NCBI RefSeq assembly: GCF_044704955.1
Contig: NC_091985.1
Span: 211,420,001 to 211,484,000 of the forward strand
DNA length: 64,000 nt
DNA from: Pristiophorus japonicus
Lineage: Eukaryota
Direction of reading: 5' to 3'
Of the stretch, positions 36,481 through 50,205 are shown piece by piece. Position 1 is the stretch's first letter. The number at the start of each line of letters is the position of its first letter. Below the pieces are notes generated by a model that was not told where the DNA came from, ran no database searches, and saw only the letters and a program-made list of their open reading frames with translations. A program made the translations under genes and the position numbers.

Positions 36481-37902
36481 CATTTTCCAATCCTCTCGGA
36501 CTTTAGATATGGTGCTGGAGGACTACTAATTTTGTTTAAGAAGGGAGAAAGGGATAGACCGAGTAATTACAAACCAGTCAGCCCAACCTCAGTGGTAGGA
36601 AAATTATTGGAAAAAATCCTGAAGGACAGGATAAATCTTCACTTAGAAAGACACGGCTTAATCAAGGACAGTCAGCACGGATTTGTTAAGGGAAGGTCGT
36701 GTCCAACTAGTTTGATTGAATTTTTCGAGGCGGTAACCAGGAGGGTGGATGAGGGCCAAGCGTATGATGTAGTGTATATGGATTTTACAAAGCTTTTGAT
36801 AAAGTCCCACATGGCTGTTTCGTCACAAAAGTGAAAGCCCATGAGATCCAGGGCAAAGTGGCAAGTTGGATCCAAAATTGGCTCAGAGGCAGGACGCAAA
36901 GGGTAATGGTTGATGGATGTTTTTGTGACTGACTGGAAGGATGTTTCCAGTGGGGTTCTGCAGGGCTCAGTACCAGGTCCCTTGCTTTTTGTGATATACT
37001 TGAATATAGACTTGAATATAGGGGTTATGATTAGGAATTTTGCAGATGATACTAAAATCGGCTGTGTGGTTGATAAAGAAGAAAGCTGAGGACTGCAAAA
37101 AAAATCAATCAACTGGTCAAAACAGTGGCAAATGGAATTTAATCCAGAGAAGTGTGAGGTAATGCAAGTGGGGAGGGCTAACAAGGAAAGAGAATACACA
37201 TTAAATGGTAGGACACTCAGAAGTGTAGAGGAACAAAGGGACCTTGGAGTGCCTGTCCACAGATCCCTGAAAGTAACAGTACAGATAGATAAGGTGGTTA
37301 AGAATGCATACGGAATGCTTGCCTTTATTAGCCGAGGCACAGAATACAAAAGCAGGGGGTTATGCTTGAACTGTTTTTTTTTTTAAAAGCTGAGTACTGC
37401 GTGCAGTTGTGGTCACCACATTAAAGGAAGGACATGATTGCACTGGAGAGGATACAGAGGAGATTTATGAGGCTGTTGCCGGGAGTGGAGAATCTTAGCT
37501 ATGAGGACAGATTGGATAGGCTGGATTTGTTTTCCTTGGAACAGGGGAGGCTGAGAGGAGACCTCATTGAGGTGTATAAAATTATGAGGGCCTAGATATA
37601 GAGGATAGAAAGGACCTATTTCCCTTAGCAGAGGGTTCAACAACCAGTGGGCATAAATTTAAATAATTGGTAGAAAATTTAGAAGGGATTTGAGGGGAAA
37701 TTTATTCACGCAGAGGGTTGTGGGATTCTGGAACCCACTGCCTGAAAGGGTGGTAGAGGCAGAAACCCTCACCCACATTAAAAAATACTTGGATGTGCAC
37801 TTGAAGTGTCGTAACCTGCAGGGTTACAGCTGGATAGCCTCTTGTTGGCCGGCATAATGTGCCAAAATGGCCTCCTTCTGTGCTGTAAACTTCTATGATT
37901 CT
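36481..37902 (+). mobile_element. CR1 LINE RT region to 3' tail
   Basis: FKKG..PSNYKPVS, QHGFVKGRSC, FADDTK; tail TTCTATGATTCTA. Confidence 0.92.
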
Positions 37903-37970
37903 ACTTCCAATATAAATAGCTGTGACGTGGTGCATTTTGGTAGGTGGAATAAGGAGGCCAGGTACTCAGC

Positions 37971-40178
37971 TGTGTCAGCTGTGGCTCAGTGAGTAGCACT
38001 CTCAGTTATAAGATTGTGGGTACAATTCCCACACCAGGGATTTGAGCACAAAAATCTAGGCTGACAATCCAGTGCAGTGCTGAGGGAGTGCTGCAATATC
38101 AGGTGCCGTCTTTCAGAAGCGACGTTAAACCACAGCCCCGTCTGCTCCCTCAGGTGCATGTGAAAGGTCCCATGACACTATTTCGAGGAAGCGCAGAGGA
38201 GTTATTCCCGGTCTCCTGGCCAGTATTTATCCTTCAACATTACAAAAACAGATTGTCTGGTCGTTATCCCCTAGAGGATGAGATGGGGAATTAATAATGA
38301 AGAACAGGGAAATTGCAGAGATGTTGAACAAATATTTTGCATCGGTCTTCACGGTAGAAGGCATTAAAAACATCCCAATATTGGATAATCAAAGGACTGT
38401 ATGGAGGGAGGAACTTAACACTATTACTAATGAAGTAGTACTCGGTAAAATAATGGGACTAAAGGCAGACAAGTCCCCAGGACCTGATGGCTTACATCCT
38501 GGGGTCTTAAAAGAGGTGACTGCAGAGATAGTGGATGCATTGGTTGTAATCTACCAAAATTCCCTCGATTCTGGGGCGGTCCCAGTGGATTGGAAAACCG
38601 CAAATGTAATGCCCCTATTTAAAAGAAAAAGGAGGCAGACAAAAAGCAGGAAACTATAGACCAGTTAGCCTAACATCTGTTGTTGGGAAAATGCTAGAGT
38701 CCATTATTAAGGAAGCAGTAGCAGGACATTTGGAAAAGCACAATTCAATCAAGCAGAGTCAGCATGGTTTTATGAAAGGGAAATCATGTTTGACAAATTT
38801 GCTGGAGCTCTTTGAGGATGTAACGAGCAGGGTGGATAAGGGGGAACTAGTGGATGTGGTTTAATTGGATTTCCAGAAGGCATTCGATAAGGTGCCACAT
38901 AAAAGGTTACTGCACAAGATAAAAGTTCACGGGATAGGGGGCAATATATTTGCATGGGTAGAGGATTGGCTAACTAACAGAAAACAGAGAGTCGGGATAA
39001 ATGGGTCATTTTCCGGTTGGCCAACAGTGAATGGTGGGGTGTCGCAGGGTGCTAGCTCCTCAACTATTTACAATCTATATTAATGACTTGGATGAAGGGA
39101 CCGAGTGTAATGTAGCCAAGTTTGCTGATGATACAAAGATGGGTGGGAAAGCAAGTTGTGAGGAGGACACACAAAATCTGCAGGGGATATCGATAGACTA
39201 AGTGAGTGGGCAAACATTTGGCAGATGGAGTATAATGTGGGAAAGTGTGAGGTTGTCCACTTTCGCAGAAAGAATTAAAAAGCAAATTATTATTTAAATG
39301 GAGCAAAATTGCAAAGTGCTACAGTACCGAGGGACCTGGGCATCCTTGTGCATGAAACACAAAAAGTTAGTATGGGGTACAGCACATAATCAGGAAGGCA
39401 AATGGAATGTTGGCCTTTATTGCAAGGGGGATAGAGTATAAAAGCAGAGAAGTTCTGCTACAACTGTACAGGGTATTGGTGAGGCCACACCTGGAGTACT
39501 GCGTACAGTTTTGGTCTCTGTATTTAAGGAAGGATATACTTGTATTTGAGGCTGTTCAGAGAAGGTTCATTAGGTTGACTTATGAAGATGGGTTGAGTAG
39601 ATTGGGCCTATACACATTGGAGTTCAGAAGAATGAGAGGTGATCATATCGAAACATACAAGATAATGAGGGGGCTTGACAAGGTGGATGCACAAAGGATA
39701 TTTCCACTATAGAGGAACTAAAACTAGGGGACATAGTCTCAGAATAAGGGACCCATTTAAAACTGAGATGAGGAGGAACTTCTTCTCTGAGGGTTGTAAA
39801 TCTGTGGCATTCTCTGCCCCAGAGAGCTGTGGAGGCTGGGTCTTTGAATATCTTTAAGGTGGAGATAGACAGATTTTTGAGTGATAAGGGAATACAGGGT
39901 TACAGGGAGCGGGCAGGGAAGTGGAGCTGAGTCCATGATCAGAACAGCCATGATCTTATTGAATGGCAGAGCAGGCTCAATGGGCCGAATGGCCTACTCC
40001 TCCTATTTCTTATGTTCTCATCACATTGCTGTTTGTGGGAGCTTGCTGTGTGCAAATTGGTGCTGTGTTTTCCACATTACAACAATGACTACGCTCCAAA
40101 AGTACTTCATTTGCTTTAAAGCTTTGTTTTGAGATGTGTGGTGGTGGTGAAAGGTGCAATATAAATGCAAATCTTCCA
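37971..40178 (+). mobile_element. SacSINE1/DeuSINE-like tRNA SINE (37971-38263 + 40018-40178), split by CR1
   Basis: tRNA head GTGGCTCAGTG..; Deu-domain-like GGTGCCGTCTTTCAGAAGCGACGTTAAACC; resumes CACATTGCTGTTTGTGGG with tail AAAGGTGCAATATAAATGCAA. Confidence 0.75.
38264..40017 (+). mobile_element. CR1 LINE RT region to 3' tail
   Basis: KSPGPDGLHP, MDFQKAFDKVPH, RPHLEYCVQFWS; tail TTTCTTATGTTC. Confidence 0.94.
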
Positions 40179-40515
40179 TTTTCAGGAAAAAAGTATCTAA
40201 ATGGTGTTGAGGAGCAAAGAGATCTAGGGCAGGGTGGGCAATTATTTGGGCTGGAGGGCCACTTAACAAAGTTTTGGTGAGCTGTTGAGTGCCGCCCACC
40301 AATATTCCACCAATCGCTGGGTCCCGCACAGATTGATCCCCAGCTCCTGCCACTGGAAGAGACACTGCGCATGTGCAGCTGCATCGTGCCCAGCTGTGCA
40401 GCAAATTTAAAGGGACCGTGCGCAAAAAAATTAAAACATTGCATAAACATACTTTCATGTAGTAGTCAGATGCTATCTTACATACACAACTTGTATCCGG
40501 TACTGCTTATAAATG

Positions 40516-42349
40516 AAACATAGAAACATAGAAAATAGGTGCAGGAGTAGGCTGTTCGGCCCTTCGAGCCTGCACCACCATTCAATATGATCATGGTTGA
40601 TCATGCACTTCAGTACCCCATTCCTGCTTTCTCTCCATACCCCTTGATCCCTTTAGCCGTAAGGGCCACATCTCACTCCCTTTTGAATATATCTAACGAA
40701 CTGGCCTCAACAACTTTCTGTGGTAGAGAATTCCACATGCTCACAACTCTTAGAGTGAAGAAGTTTCTTCTCATCTCGGTCATAAATGGCTTACCGCTTA
40801 TCCTTAGACTATGACCCCTGATTCTGGACTTCCCTAACATCAGGAACATTCTTCCTGCATCTAACCTGTCCAATCCCGTCAGAATTTTATATGTTTCTAT
40901 GAGATCCCCTATCATTCTTCTAAATTTCATTGAATATAAGCCTAGTCGATCCAGTCTTTCTTCATATGTCAGTCCTGTCAGCCCAGGAATCAGTCTGGTG
41001 AACCTTCGCTGCACTCCCTCAATAGCAAGAATGTCTTTCCTCAGATTAGGAGAACAAAACTATACAATATTCAAGGTGTGGCCTCACCAAGGCCCTGAAC
41101 AACTATAGTAAGACCTCCCTGCTCCTATACACAAATCCTCTCGCTATGAAGGCCAACATGCCATTTGCCTTCTTCACCGCCTGCTGTACGTGTATGCCAC
41201 TTTCAATGACTGATGTACCATGAAACCCAGGTCTCGTTGCACCTCCCCTTTTACTAACCTGTCATAATTCAGATAATCTGCCTTCCTGTTTTTACCACCA
41301 AACATTTATCTACATTATATCGCATCTGCCATGTATTTGCCCACTCACCTTGTTGATGCGGATTCTTTTCCCTTCAATCTGTTTCAGCGAATTCACTGAC
41401 ACACGAACACTTTTAGTCTTCGCAACATAAGACCTTTATTAGAGATTCTCCGGCCGGGACCTGTTAAGATAAAGGGAACACCCTCGATTTGAGCCTGTTC
41501 ACCTCTCTCTTGACAAGTCTCGTAACAGTACAAAAGCTCAATATTTATACATTGTTACAGCAGAACATATTTGAGTGACACTCAGTTTATACAATCATTG
41601 GTCGGCTTCCCCCATAGCATACCCAATTGCAGGCTAACAACTCTCCAAATAGGGCGGGCTCCAGGGATGTGTTTACAGTTTCGTTTTACATTGCATTTCC
41701 CTATTTTACGGCTGGTTATAGCAGTCTCTCATCTGACTCATGCCTGACTTTGCTTTTTCGCGTAACTCGTGTTTGACCACAAACCTGAGTAACCCCTTTT
41801 TGTGTCGACATTGCAAATATCGCAGCTTGACATTTTCTTTTAGCTATCTTCCCATGATCCTCTTCAACTGACACATTCACAACTTCTTCATGCACATTCA
41901 CAACCTAACCTGTCCAAGTCACCCTGCAGCCTCTTAGCATCCTCCTCATAGCTCACACTGCCACCCAGCTTAGTGTCATCTGCAAACTTGGAGATGTTAC
42001 ATTCAATTTCTTCGTCTAAATCATTAATGTATATTGTAAATAGCTGGGGTCCCAGCACTGAACCTTGCGGTACCCGACTAGTCACTGCCTGGCATCCTGA
42101 AAAGGACCTATTTATTCCTACTCTTTGCTTCCTGTCTGCCAACCACGTCAGTACATTACCCCCAATACCATGTGCTTTAATTTTGCACACTAATCTCGAG
42201 TGGGACCTTGTCAAAAGCCTTTTTAAAGTCTAAATACACCACATCCACTGGCTCCCTCTTGTCCACTCTACTAGTTACATCCTCAAACAATTCTAGAAGA
42301 TTTGTCAAGCATGATTTCCCTTTCATAAATCCATGCTGACTTGGACCGA
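40516..42349 (-). mobile_element. CR1 LINE, interrupted by solo LTR
   Basis: ORFs 40673-41014 and 41888-42214 ([14 protein letters not shown]); (CATAGAAA)n tail. Confidence 0.94.
41351..41902 (-). mobile_element. Solo LTR with 4-bp TSD
   Basis: TG...CA termini; ACCT duplicated at 41347-41350 and 41903-41906; removing it restores CR1 CCACTCACCTAACCTGTCC; minus-strand AATAAA at ~41435-41440. Confidence 0.9.
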
Positions 42350-42949
42350 ATCAAAGATAAAAGTTGAAAATGTTGTGGTGTCTTCTGGTCTTTGTAAATC
42401 AGTGCTGTGAAATAGAACTGTACCCCCTTTAGAGCCTGTACAGCATCATTTTCCCACCTCAGTCATCATTATGTCCCTCTGCAAAGATTACTAATGCCGT
42501 CCCAATTGGTGCCAGATGAGAACTCCCCTGCCATTGTACCGGGAGAAGAGAGATGCAGCGCCAGTCACTTTCTTCGGTAAAAGATTTGTGGAGAGGAGCA
42601 GCCATGACTCCACTCTAAATTGGATAGGGCATATTCTAGTACGCAGTGCATTCTGGGTACTGATGTCTGCCATTGGCGCCGAGAATTACTCAACGGATCC
42701 TTTTAAGATCAGGCCAGAGAGAATCGCTTTGGCGAATTATTAATTTAAATGAAGTATTACTATGTTTTTTCCTTGGCTGCAGTTGGGGTCTGTCTCTGAC
42801 TCATGAGAAGTGAAAGTGGATAGACGAATGTGCAGCTCGAGATCTGGCTTGCGTTCTATTTCTGTCCCATCCAGCGGGACGGATCGAATGTCTTGGCGGG
42901 CCAGATATGGCCCATGGGCTGTATTTTGCCCACCAGTGATCTAGGGGAA

Positions 42950-43622
42950 CAGATGCACAGATCATTAAAAGCAGGTTAACAAGGCAAAGGAAATGTAAAT
43001 AAAGCACTGGGTTCATTTCTCGAGTATGAGAATTGCAAAGCAGAGAAGTTTTGTTAAATGTATATAGAACCTTGGTTGGACGACACTTGGAATACTGTGT
43101 TCAGTTTTGGGCTCCATATTATGAAAAAGATATACAGGCACTGTGGCTGTTGCAAAAAAGATTTCCAAGGATGACACCAGAAGTGAGAGGTTATAAGTAT
43201 CCAGAATGGCTGAACATGCTGGGGCTCTTTCTCTAGAAAAGAGAAGGCTCATAAAGATCTTTATAATTATGTAGCTGTTTGTTAGGATAGATGTAGAGAC
43301 GATGTTACCACTTGTGAGGAGTCCAAAACTAGGAACTAAATATAAGATAGTCACTAATAAATCCAATAAGGAATTCAGGAGAAACCTCTTTACCCAGAGA
43401 GTGGTTAGAATGTAGAGCTTGCTAGCACATGGAGTTAAGGTGAATAGCTGAGCGCCTTTAAGGGGAAGCTAGATATGTACTTGAGAGAGAAAGGAATAGA
43501 AGGATATGATAGGGTGTGGTGAACTCAGGTGAGAGAATGCTCGTGTGGAGCATAAACACCATCATGGACATGTTGGGCAGAATGGCCTGTTTCTCTGAAG
43601 TGAATACTATGTAATTCTATCG
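42950..43622 (+). mobile_element. Old CR1 3' fragment
   Basis: SREVLLNVYRTLVGRHLEYCVQFWAP; tail ACTATGTAATTCTAT. Confidence 0.82.
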
Positions 43623-43952
43623 TGAATTCTGAAAAGACATGGTACAGCACTCGAAACAATCTTCAGCAATGGGCTGGGTGTGTCAGAGGGTCAAAATACT
43701 GACCTTTCACCCCTACCAATCTGAAGGACTTGTGTAAAATGAATGTGGTGAGTTCAAACAGAGTCCTTGGTGAGAGGTCAGATCTGTACTAAACCAGGCC
43801 CGAAATCGGCAGATGGACTGACAAACAAGTGCCTTTAAAAGTCTGCTTAATCCCTTTCAGTCCACCTACACCCTAACCCATGTGTGTGTTTCAGCATGTC
43901 TGTGTATGTGTGTGTTTGTCTTTGTGTGTCAATATACAGACACAGAACCCAA

Positions 43953-44320
43953 CCTAACAAAAATCAGTTAGTCTGAGTCTTGAATGTTTCAGTTGAGCTC
44001 CAGCTTTTTGGGGGAGAGATTTGCAGATTGCGACTGACCTTTGTGTGAAGAAGTGCATTCTGGCCTCACTCCTGAACGGCCTAGCTTTAACTTTTAAGTT
44101 TATTCCCCTTGTTCTGGACTCTCCCACCAGATGAAATAGTATCATGATATCATCCTTCATTTTCTATCTTCAAGGAAGTAAAAGACTTGTCTATGCCACC
44201 TGTCCTCATAATTTAATCCTTTTGGCCCCGGTATCAATCTGCTGAATCTGTGCTGCACCCCCGCCAAAGCTAATACATAATTCGTGAGGTCCAGAACTGA
44301 ACACAATTCTCTCGATGGGC
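43953..44320 (-). mobile_element. Old CR1 3' fragment
   Basis: GESRTRGINLKVKARPFRSEARMHFFTQR. Confidence 0.75.
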
Positions 44321-45059
44321 TCTTCCTTTGCATGGTTTAGTTTGCGCGGATGCAATTCATCCAGTCCTGAGGATTTATCGTTTCTACATTTTCCTAGTTT
44401 ATAAATTCAGCAACAGAAATGGTCTGGAGTAGGGCTGTGGACAGAGTGACAGTAGTAATGCCAAGGTAATGTAGAGGGTGCTCAGTATTGTATGTGCCCT
44501 GGGAGTGCTTGATGGTGACACTGGAGATAACGTGGAGGAAGGAACATCGGAACAGGAACAGGCCATTCAGCTCCTCGAGCATGTTCCCCCATTCAGTGAG
44601 ATCAGGGCTGATCTGTCTCTTAATTCCTTCCACCTGCTTTACCTCCGTATTCTTTTATACCCCTGCCCCGAAAAATCTCTGCTCATCCACAGCTCCGAGC
44701 TACTCGCCAATTAGAGAAGTGTATGTGTGTCAATCTTTGTGGCTGTGTATGTGTTTATGTATATATTTTGATATATGAATGTGTACGTGCTTGTGTATGT
44801 GCTCCTGTGGGTATGTCTCTACGTGTGTGTATGTGTCTGTGTGAGATTGTCTCTTCCTCCTTGTTCTGTTGCTCACTAAATACAGTTCAGTATCAATGTG
44901 TCTCGGCCATTCACCTCCCCAGAAAGTGCTGAATTTTCTGTTTCAATTGGTGCATTCTGATCAATTTGATTCTGGTATTTAACAGCAGAAAACAACTGCT
45001 GCAGAGTCTCGGCAAATGAATCTCTATTTGGATTAGTTCACCAGTCCTGGCAACTCCTC

Positions 45060-46145
45060 CATAGGAACAGGAGTAGGCCATTGAGCCCCTCAAGCCTGTT
45101 CCCCCATTCAATGAGATCCTGGCTGATCTGCGACCTTACTCCATATACCCACCTTTGACCAGATCCTTTAATACCTTTAGTTAACAAACAGCTATCAATC
45201 TCCGATTTAAAATTAACAACTAACCTAGCATCAATTGGTGTTTGAGGAAGCAAGTTCCAAACTTCCACCACCTATTATGTATAAATGTGTTCCCTCATTT
45301 CACTGCTAAAAGTTCTGGCTCTAATTTTTAGACTATGCCCCGAGTCCTAGAATCCCCAACCAGCGGAAATAGTTTCTCTCTCTATCTACCCCATCTGTTC
45401 CGCTTAATATCTTAAACTTCGATCAGATCAGCCCTTAACCTAAATTCTAGGGGATACAGCCCTAATTTGTGTAATTTTTCCTCATACCTTAAATCTTGGA
45501 GTCCGAGTATCATTGTGGTAAATCTACGCTGCACTCGCTCCAAGGCCAATATAACCTTCCTAAGGCATGGTGCCCAGAACTGCTCACAGTGCTCCAGGTG
45601 TTGGCTAACCAGGGCTTTGTATAGCTGCAGCATAACCTCTACCCCCTAATATTCTGGTGCTCTAGATGTAAAAACCAGCATTCCATCAGCCTTTCTGATT
45701 ATTTTCTGTACTTGTTCATGACATTTTAATGATCTCTGTACCTGGACTTCCAAGTCTATGTGGACTTCCACTGTTTTTAGCTTTTTACCATTTAGAAAGT
45801 ACCCTCTTGTATCCTTTTTAGGTCCAAAGTGGATGACCTCACATTTGTCTACATTGAAATCGATTTGACGCAGCTTTGCTCATTAACTTAATCTATCGCT
45901 ATCCCTTTGTAATTTGATGCTTTCAACTTCACTGCCCGCAATGCCATCTTTCTTTTGTGTTCAGCGGCAAATTTAGATATATGACTTTCTATGCCATCAA
46001 CTAAGTCATTAATAAATACTAGGGATAGTTGAATCCCCAACACAGATCCCTGTGGGACACCACATCCTGTCAACTTGAGAACCAACCTTTGTCCCTACCC
46101 TCTGTCTCCTACAGCTCAGTCAATTCCCTAACCAGGTCAATAATT
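45060..46145 (-). mobile_element. CR1 3' portion
   Basis: GVPQGS, HLEHCEQFWAP; CR1 tail at 45060. Confidence 0.85.
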
Positions 46146-46539
46146 TGCAATGAATTCCTACTATCACCAAATTCCTCCACCCTGCTTGCGATCCACTTAT
46201 CTGTGATGTTACAAGAAAAAGATAAATTCCAATCTGGTGATTATTTACCTTACTCATCGAATACCTACCAGTGAATTCGTACTATCACCAAATTAATCCA
46301 CTCGGCTTATGTGAACGATCCAGTGATGGATTCCCACCAGCCCGAGCTCTCTTTCTAAATCTACTGGGCCTTGTTTTCCATTATTTTTGACAGCTTGTGT
46401 CTGTTTTTGAAGCAGTTTGGTCATTTTGTGCATTTATCTGAAACTTTTGAATAATCGGCAAGCGATTCATACTGACCTGCTGAGTTTATTTCCAGAGGAC
46501 ACCTATGCCGCGAGGGAACAGGTTTCATAGCCAGGTTAA

Positions 46540-47197
46540 AATAGAATAAATACAAACTCACATTCCAGAGATTGACAGGTACAAATAAAACCTACACTCA
46601 CATACTAGAAACTAACAGGTAGAGTAAAACCCGCACTCGCATAGCAGAGACTGACAGGTACAGAATTAAACCCACATTCCCATAGTAGAGACTGACAGGT
46701 ACAGAAGAAAACCCACACTCACACATTAGAAACTGACAGGTACAGAGTAAAATGCACACTTTCACAACATAGACTGACAGCTACAGAATAAAACTCACAC
46801 TCTCCCACCATAAACTGAGGATAAAAACCCACACTCGCATACTAGAAGCTGACTGGTAGAGTAAAACCCATTTTTGCATAGCAGAGACTGACGAGTCCAG
46901 AATGAAACCGACATTCCCATAGCATAAACTGATAGGAACAGAATTAAACCCACACTCACATAGCAGAAACTAAGAGATACAGAATAAAACACACATTCCC
47001 ATAGCAGAGACTGACAGGTACAGAATAAAACCCACATTCCCAAAGCAGAGACTGACAGGTACAGAATAAAACCCACATTCCCATAGCAGAGACTGACAGG
47101 TACAGAATAAAACCCACATTCACATAGCAGAGACTGACAGGTACAGAATAAAACCCACATTCCCATAGCAGAGACTGACAGGTACAGAATAAAACCC
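46540..47197 (-). repeat. 41-bp satellite, opposite orientation
   Basis: GAGACTGACAGGTACAGAATAAAACCCACATTCCCATAGCA, period 41 (47005/47046). Confidence 0.92.
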
Positions 47198-48383
47198 ATC
47201 AGAACAATAATATGCAGCAAGTAAAACCCATAGTCCCCTATCAGAAATGACAGGGACACACTCACACACCAGAGACTGACGGAAAGAGTAAAACTCTCTC
47301 GGAAATCCCACTCCAGTGTCCGGCTCACCGAATCATTTTGTTGGTAATTCGGATTATAATTAAAATTCTCTCAATGTGGCCCATTTAATTAGTGATAAAA
47401 GCAACTTGTGAAACAATCCCATTTTTGCTGATTTAAATAGTTACAAAAAGATGGTCTGAGCATGCACGAAATACATGCTGCTCCCCGCTCTCACCGCCCA
47501 GTGTTTAAACCAACGGGAAGGGCCCATGTGAGCTCCCCTCCCCCAGCTCTGTCAACGGCTGCCGTTTCCTCTGTGCTGGGCTGATGATCGTTGAACACAT
47601 CACGGAGCGGAGATATCCCGGGCCGAGTAAGGGAGCAAATAGCAGCCTCCTTACAGCAGCTCATCACATTAGCACTGTGTCCACAGATGGGCTTTGAGTC
47701 GGGGTAAGTTCAGCGGCAGTCGGGGGCTGTCTGTAAGAGATGGAGTGGAGCAGGAATTACTTCTGGAACATGGAGTGAGTGGGGGAAGGGAGAAGCCATT
47801 CTCGGGCTGTGTGTGTACAGTGTAAGGTAACAGAGAAAGTAAATCATCTCGCTCTTTCAAATCAGTGCTGCTTTCTTTCTGCAAATCAGTAGTGAATGTT
47901 CCTGATTCAGTTCCAATCTCACAGTGTCTGTTGTTCTTGGACATTGAACAGTGGAAACACAGCCTGACTGAGAAGTGTCACGAAGTGCATCTATTGCAGG
48001 CACCAGGAGAGGAGTGTGAAAGGAGACATTTCAATAATCGGTTATTTTGTTTCGGTGTGTTGAATTCTCCAGAACCGTGTTGCAGGTGATCGAGAGATAC
48101 ATTGTCGTTCCCTCAGATACATCTGTGACATTCTGTTAACTGTACAGGCTCTCAGCTCTGTTTCATTAGACTGAAAACAATTGTTGTACAGCCCAGATAC
48201 CTGTGCTTATAATCCAGGAAGCGATTCAGAACTTTACAGATTGTCCCATGGAAGTGGGAGATATAAACCTGGACTGTGCCAATCGGGTGTTCCCATTCAT
48301 GGACCAGTGCTGGGTTTGGGTTGTGTCTGGATGCTGATAACTTACTATAGAACCGTCTGACACAGCTGGTGTGGGGAACCTGA

Positions 48384-48948
48384 TCACTCACCACACTTCC
48401 GCCACGACCGTCCCGCTCCTCTGCTCATGGTCGTGGCGGAGGTGTGCTGAGTGATCGAGGTGGAGGGTCATTGAGGGATCGTGGCTGAGATTCGGTGGGT
48501 GATCGTGGCGGAGGTTCGGCGAATGTTTGGTGTGGATGTGCGGTGGGAGATCATGGCGGAGGTTCGGCGAATGTTTGTGGCGGAGGAGCGGCGAGAGATT
48601 GTGACGGAGGTGTGGCGAATGAGGGTACAGGGCCCAGAAGAGCTGGTGGCCCAGGGGCAGCACAGGGCTGCCCACACTGGGTCTGTGCGCACTAGGTCCG
48701 TGCAGCCGAGCAGGTCTCTAGTCCTGGTCAACCCTTGCCACTGGATAAAGTCCTAGCTCTGTCAAGTACATGTGGCTGATGTGCAACGGTCACCACACGT
48801 TAAAAAGATCCACGCACAGGCATCTTCCACCCTTTCAATTGGAGTCAGGATTGGAATATCAGGTCCTTCATTGAAACATCTGTGAGCTCACGTGGAAGCA
48901 AGTCATCCTGGTTCGAGGGACCGCCTATGATGATGATGATGATGATGA
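48384..48948 (+). mobile_element. RTE-tailed short element with TSD and 5' fold-back
   Basis: TSD GGGAACCTGA (48374-48383) / GAGAATCTGA (48949-48958); empty sites in copies A and D; (ATG)n tail. Confidence 0.85.
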
Positions 48949-49699
48949 GAGAATCTGAGTGCCGCTGTACTGCAGTGAGGTCAGACAATGTCACTGTTTG
49001 TATCGCGCATTCCTCACTCCAGATACTTTACTTTATTATAAAGAAACACATTAATTATAACTTTATTGTTATAGTCTATGGGCACCTGTCCATGACTTGT
49101 ACCTAATATTTTACTCATTATTATTATTCTCAGAGCAAAATACTTCACCCCCAGAATAAATGTGATCATTCCGCCACCTGGAACACAAGGAACAGTGCAG
49201 GCAGCTCCTTCTCACACACAGTAAGTACATTATCACTCACAGCGTGCAGAGACACAGAACTGACCTCAATCATATTGTCACAGGTAGCAGAAGCTGTCAG
49301 TCCCACAGTGATCCCAATCCCAGAGTTACATTATGAATCCCACAGTCACTTGGAACAGTACAATAAGATGTTGTTTCAAAGTCCAAACATATCGCTCTGA
49401 GAGGCAGATCCATTTTCACTCCCTTACTCACACACAAGGACTGACTGACACAGTGTCAATCCACACTGGTGTCGGTACACTGACTCTCAAACCCAGCAAC
49501 TAACATACAAGAGCAGAGAAACGGAGGTAATGGACTGAACCAAACCTCCTCCTGAGACAATCACAGATAATCTCAAACTAGCATAGGCCTAAAGAAGGAA
49601 CAGAATCCAACAGTCACACAGCAAGAATAGCTCAGTACAAGAGACTGTCAATTACATAATAACTCTCGCATTCACACACATCACCATTCTAACAGAGAC

Positions 49700-50205
49700 A
49701 TAGTGAACCCCACACCCACAAACAGTGCCGGGGACTGAGAGTCACAGAATGGATTCCACACCCACAAACAGTGCCAGGGATTGAGAGACACAGAATGGAC
49801 CCCAAACCTACAAACAGTGCCAGGGACTGAGACACAGAATGGACCCCACACCCACAAACAGTGCCAGGGATTGAGAGACACAGAATGGACCCCACACCTA
49901 CAAACAGTGCCAGGGACTGAGACACAGAATGGACCCCACACCCACAAACAGTGCCAGGGATTGAGAGACACAGAATGGACCCCACACCTACAAACAGTGC
50001 CAGGGACTGAGACACAGAATGGACCCCACACCCACAAACAGTGCCAGGGATTGAGAGACACAGAATGGACCCCACACCTACACACAGTGCCAGGGACTGA
50101 GAGACACAGAATGGACCCCACACCTACACACAGTGCCAGGGACTGAGAGACACAGAATGGATCCCACACCTACAAACAGTGCCAGGGACTGAGAGAGACA
50201 GAATG
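49700..50205 (+). repeat. 44/46-bp minisatellite with 90-bp higher-order unit
   Basis: GTGCCAGGGA at 49861, 49907 and 49951. Confidence 0.95.

Noticed and set aside
37971-38045. tRNA gene
   Set aside because: Degenerate tRNA-derived head continuing into a SINE body.
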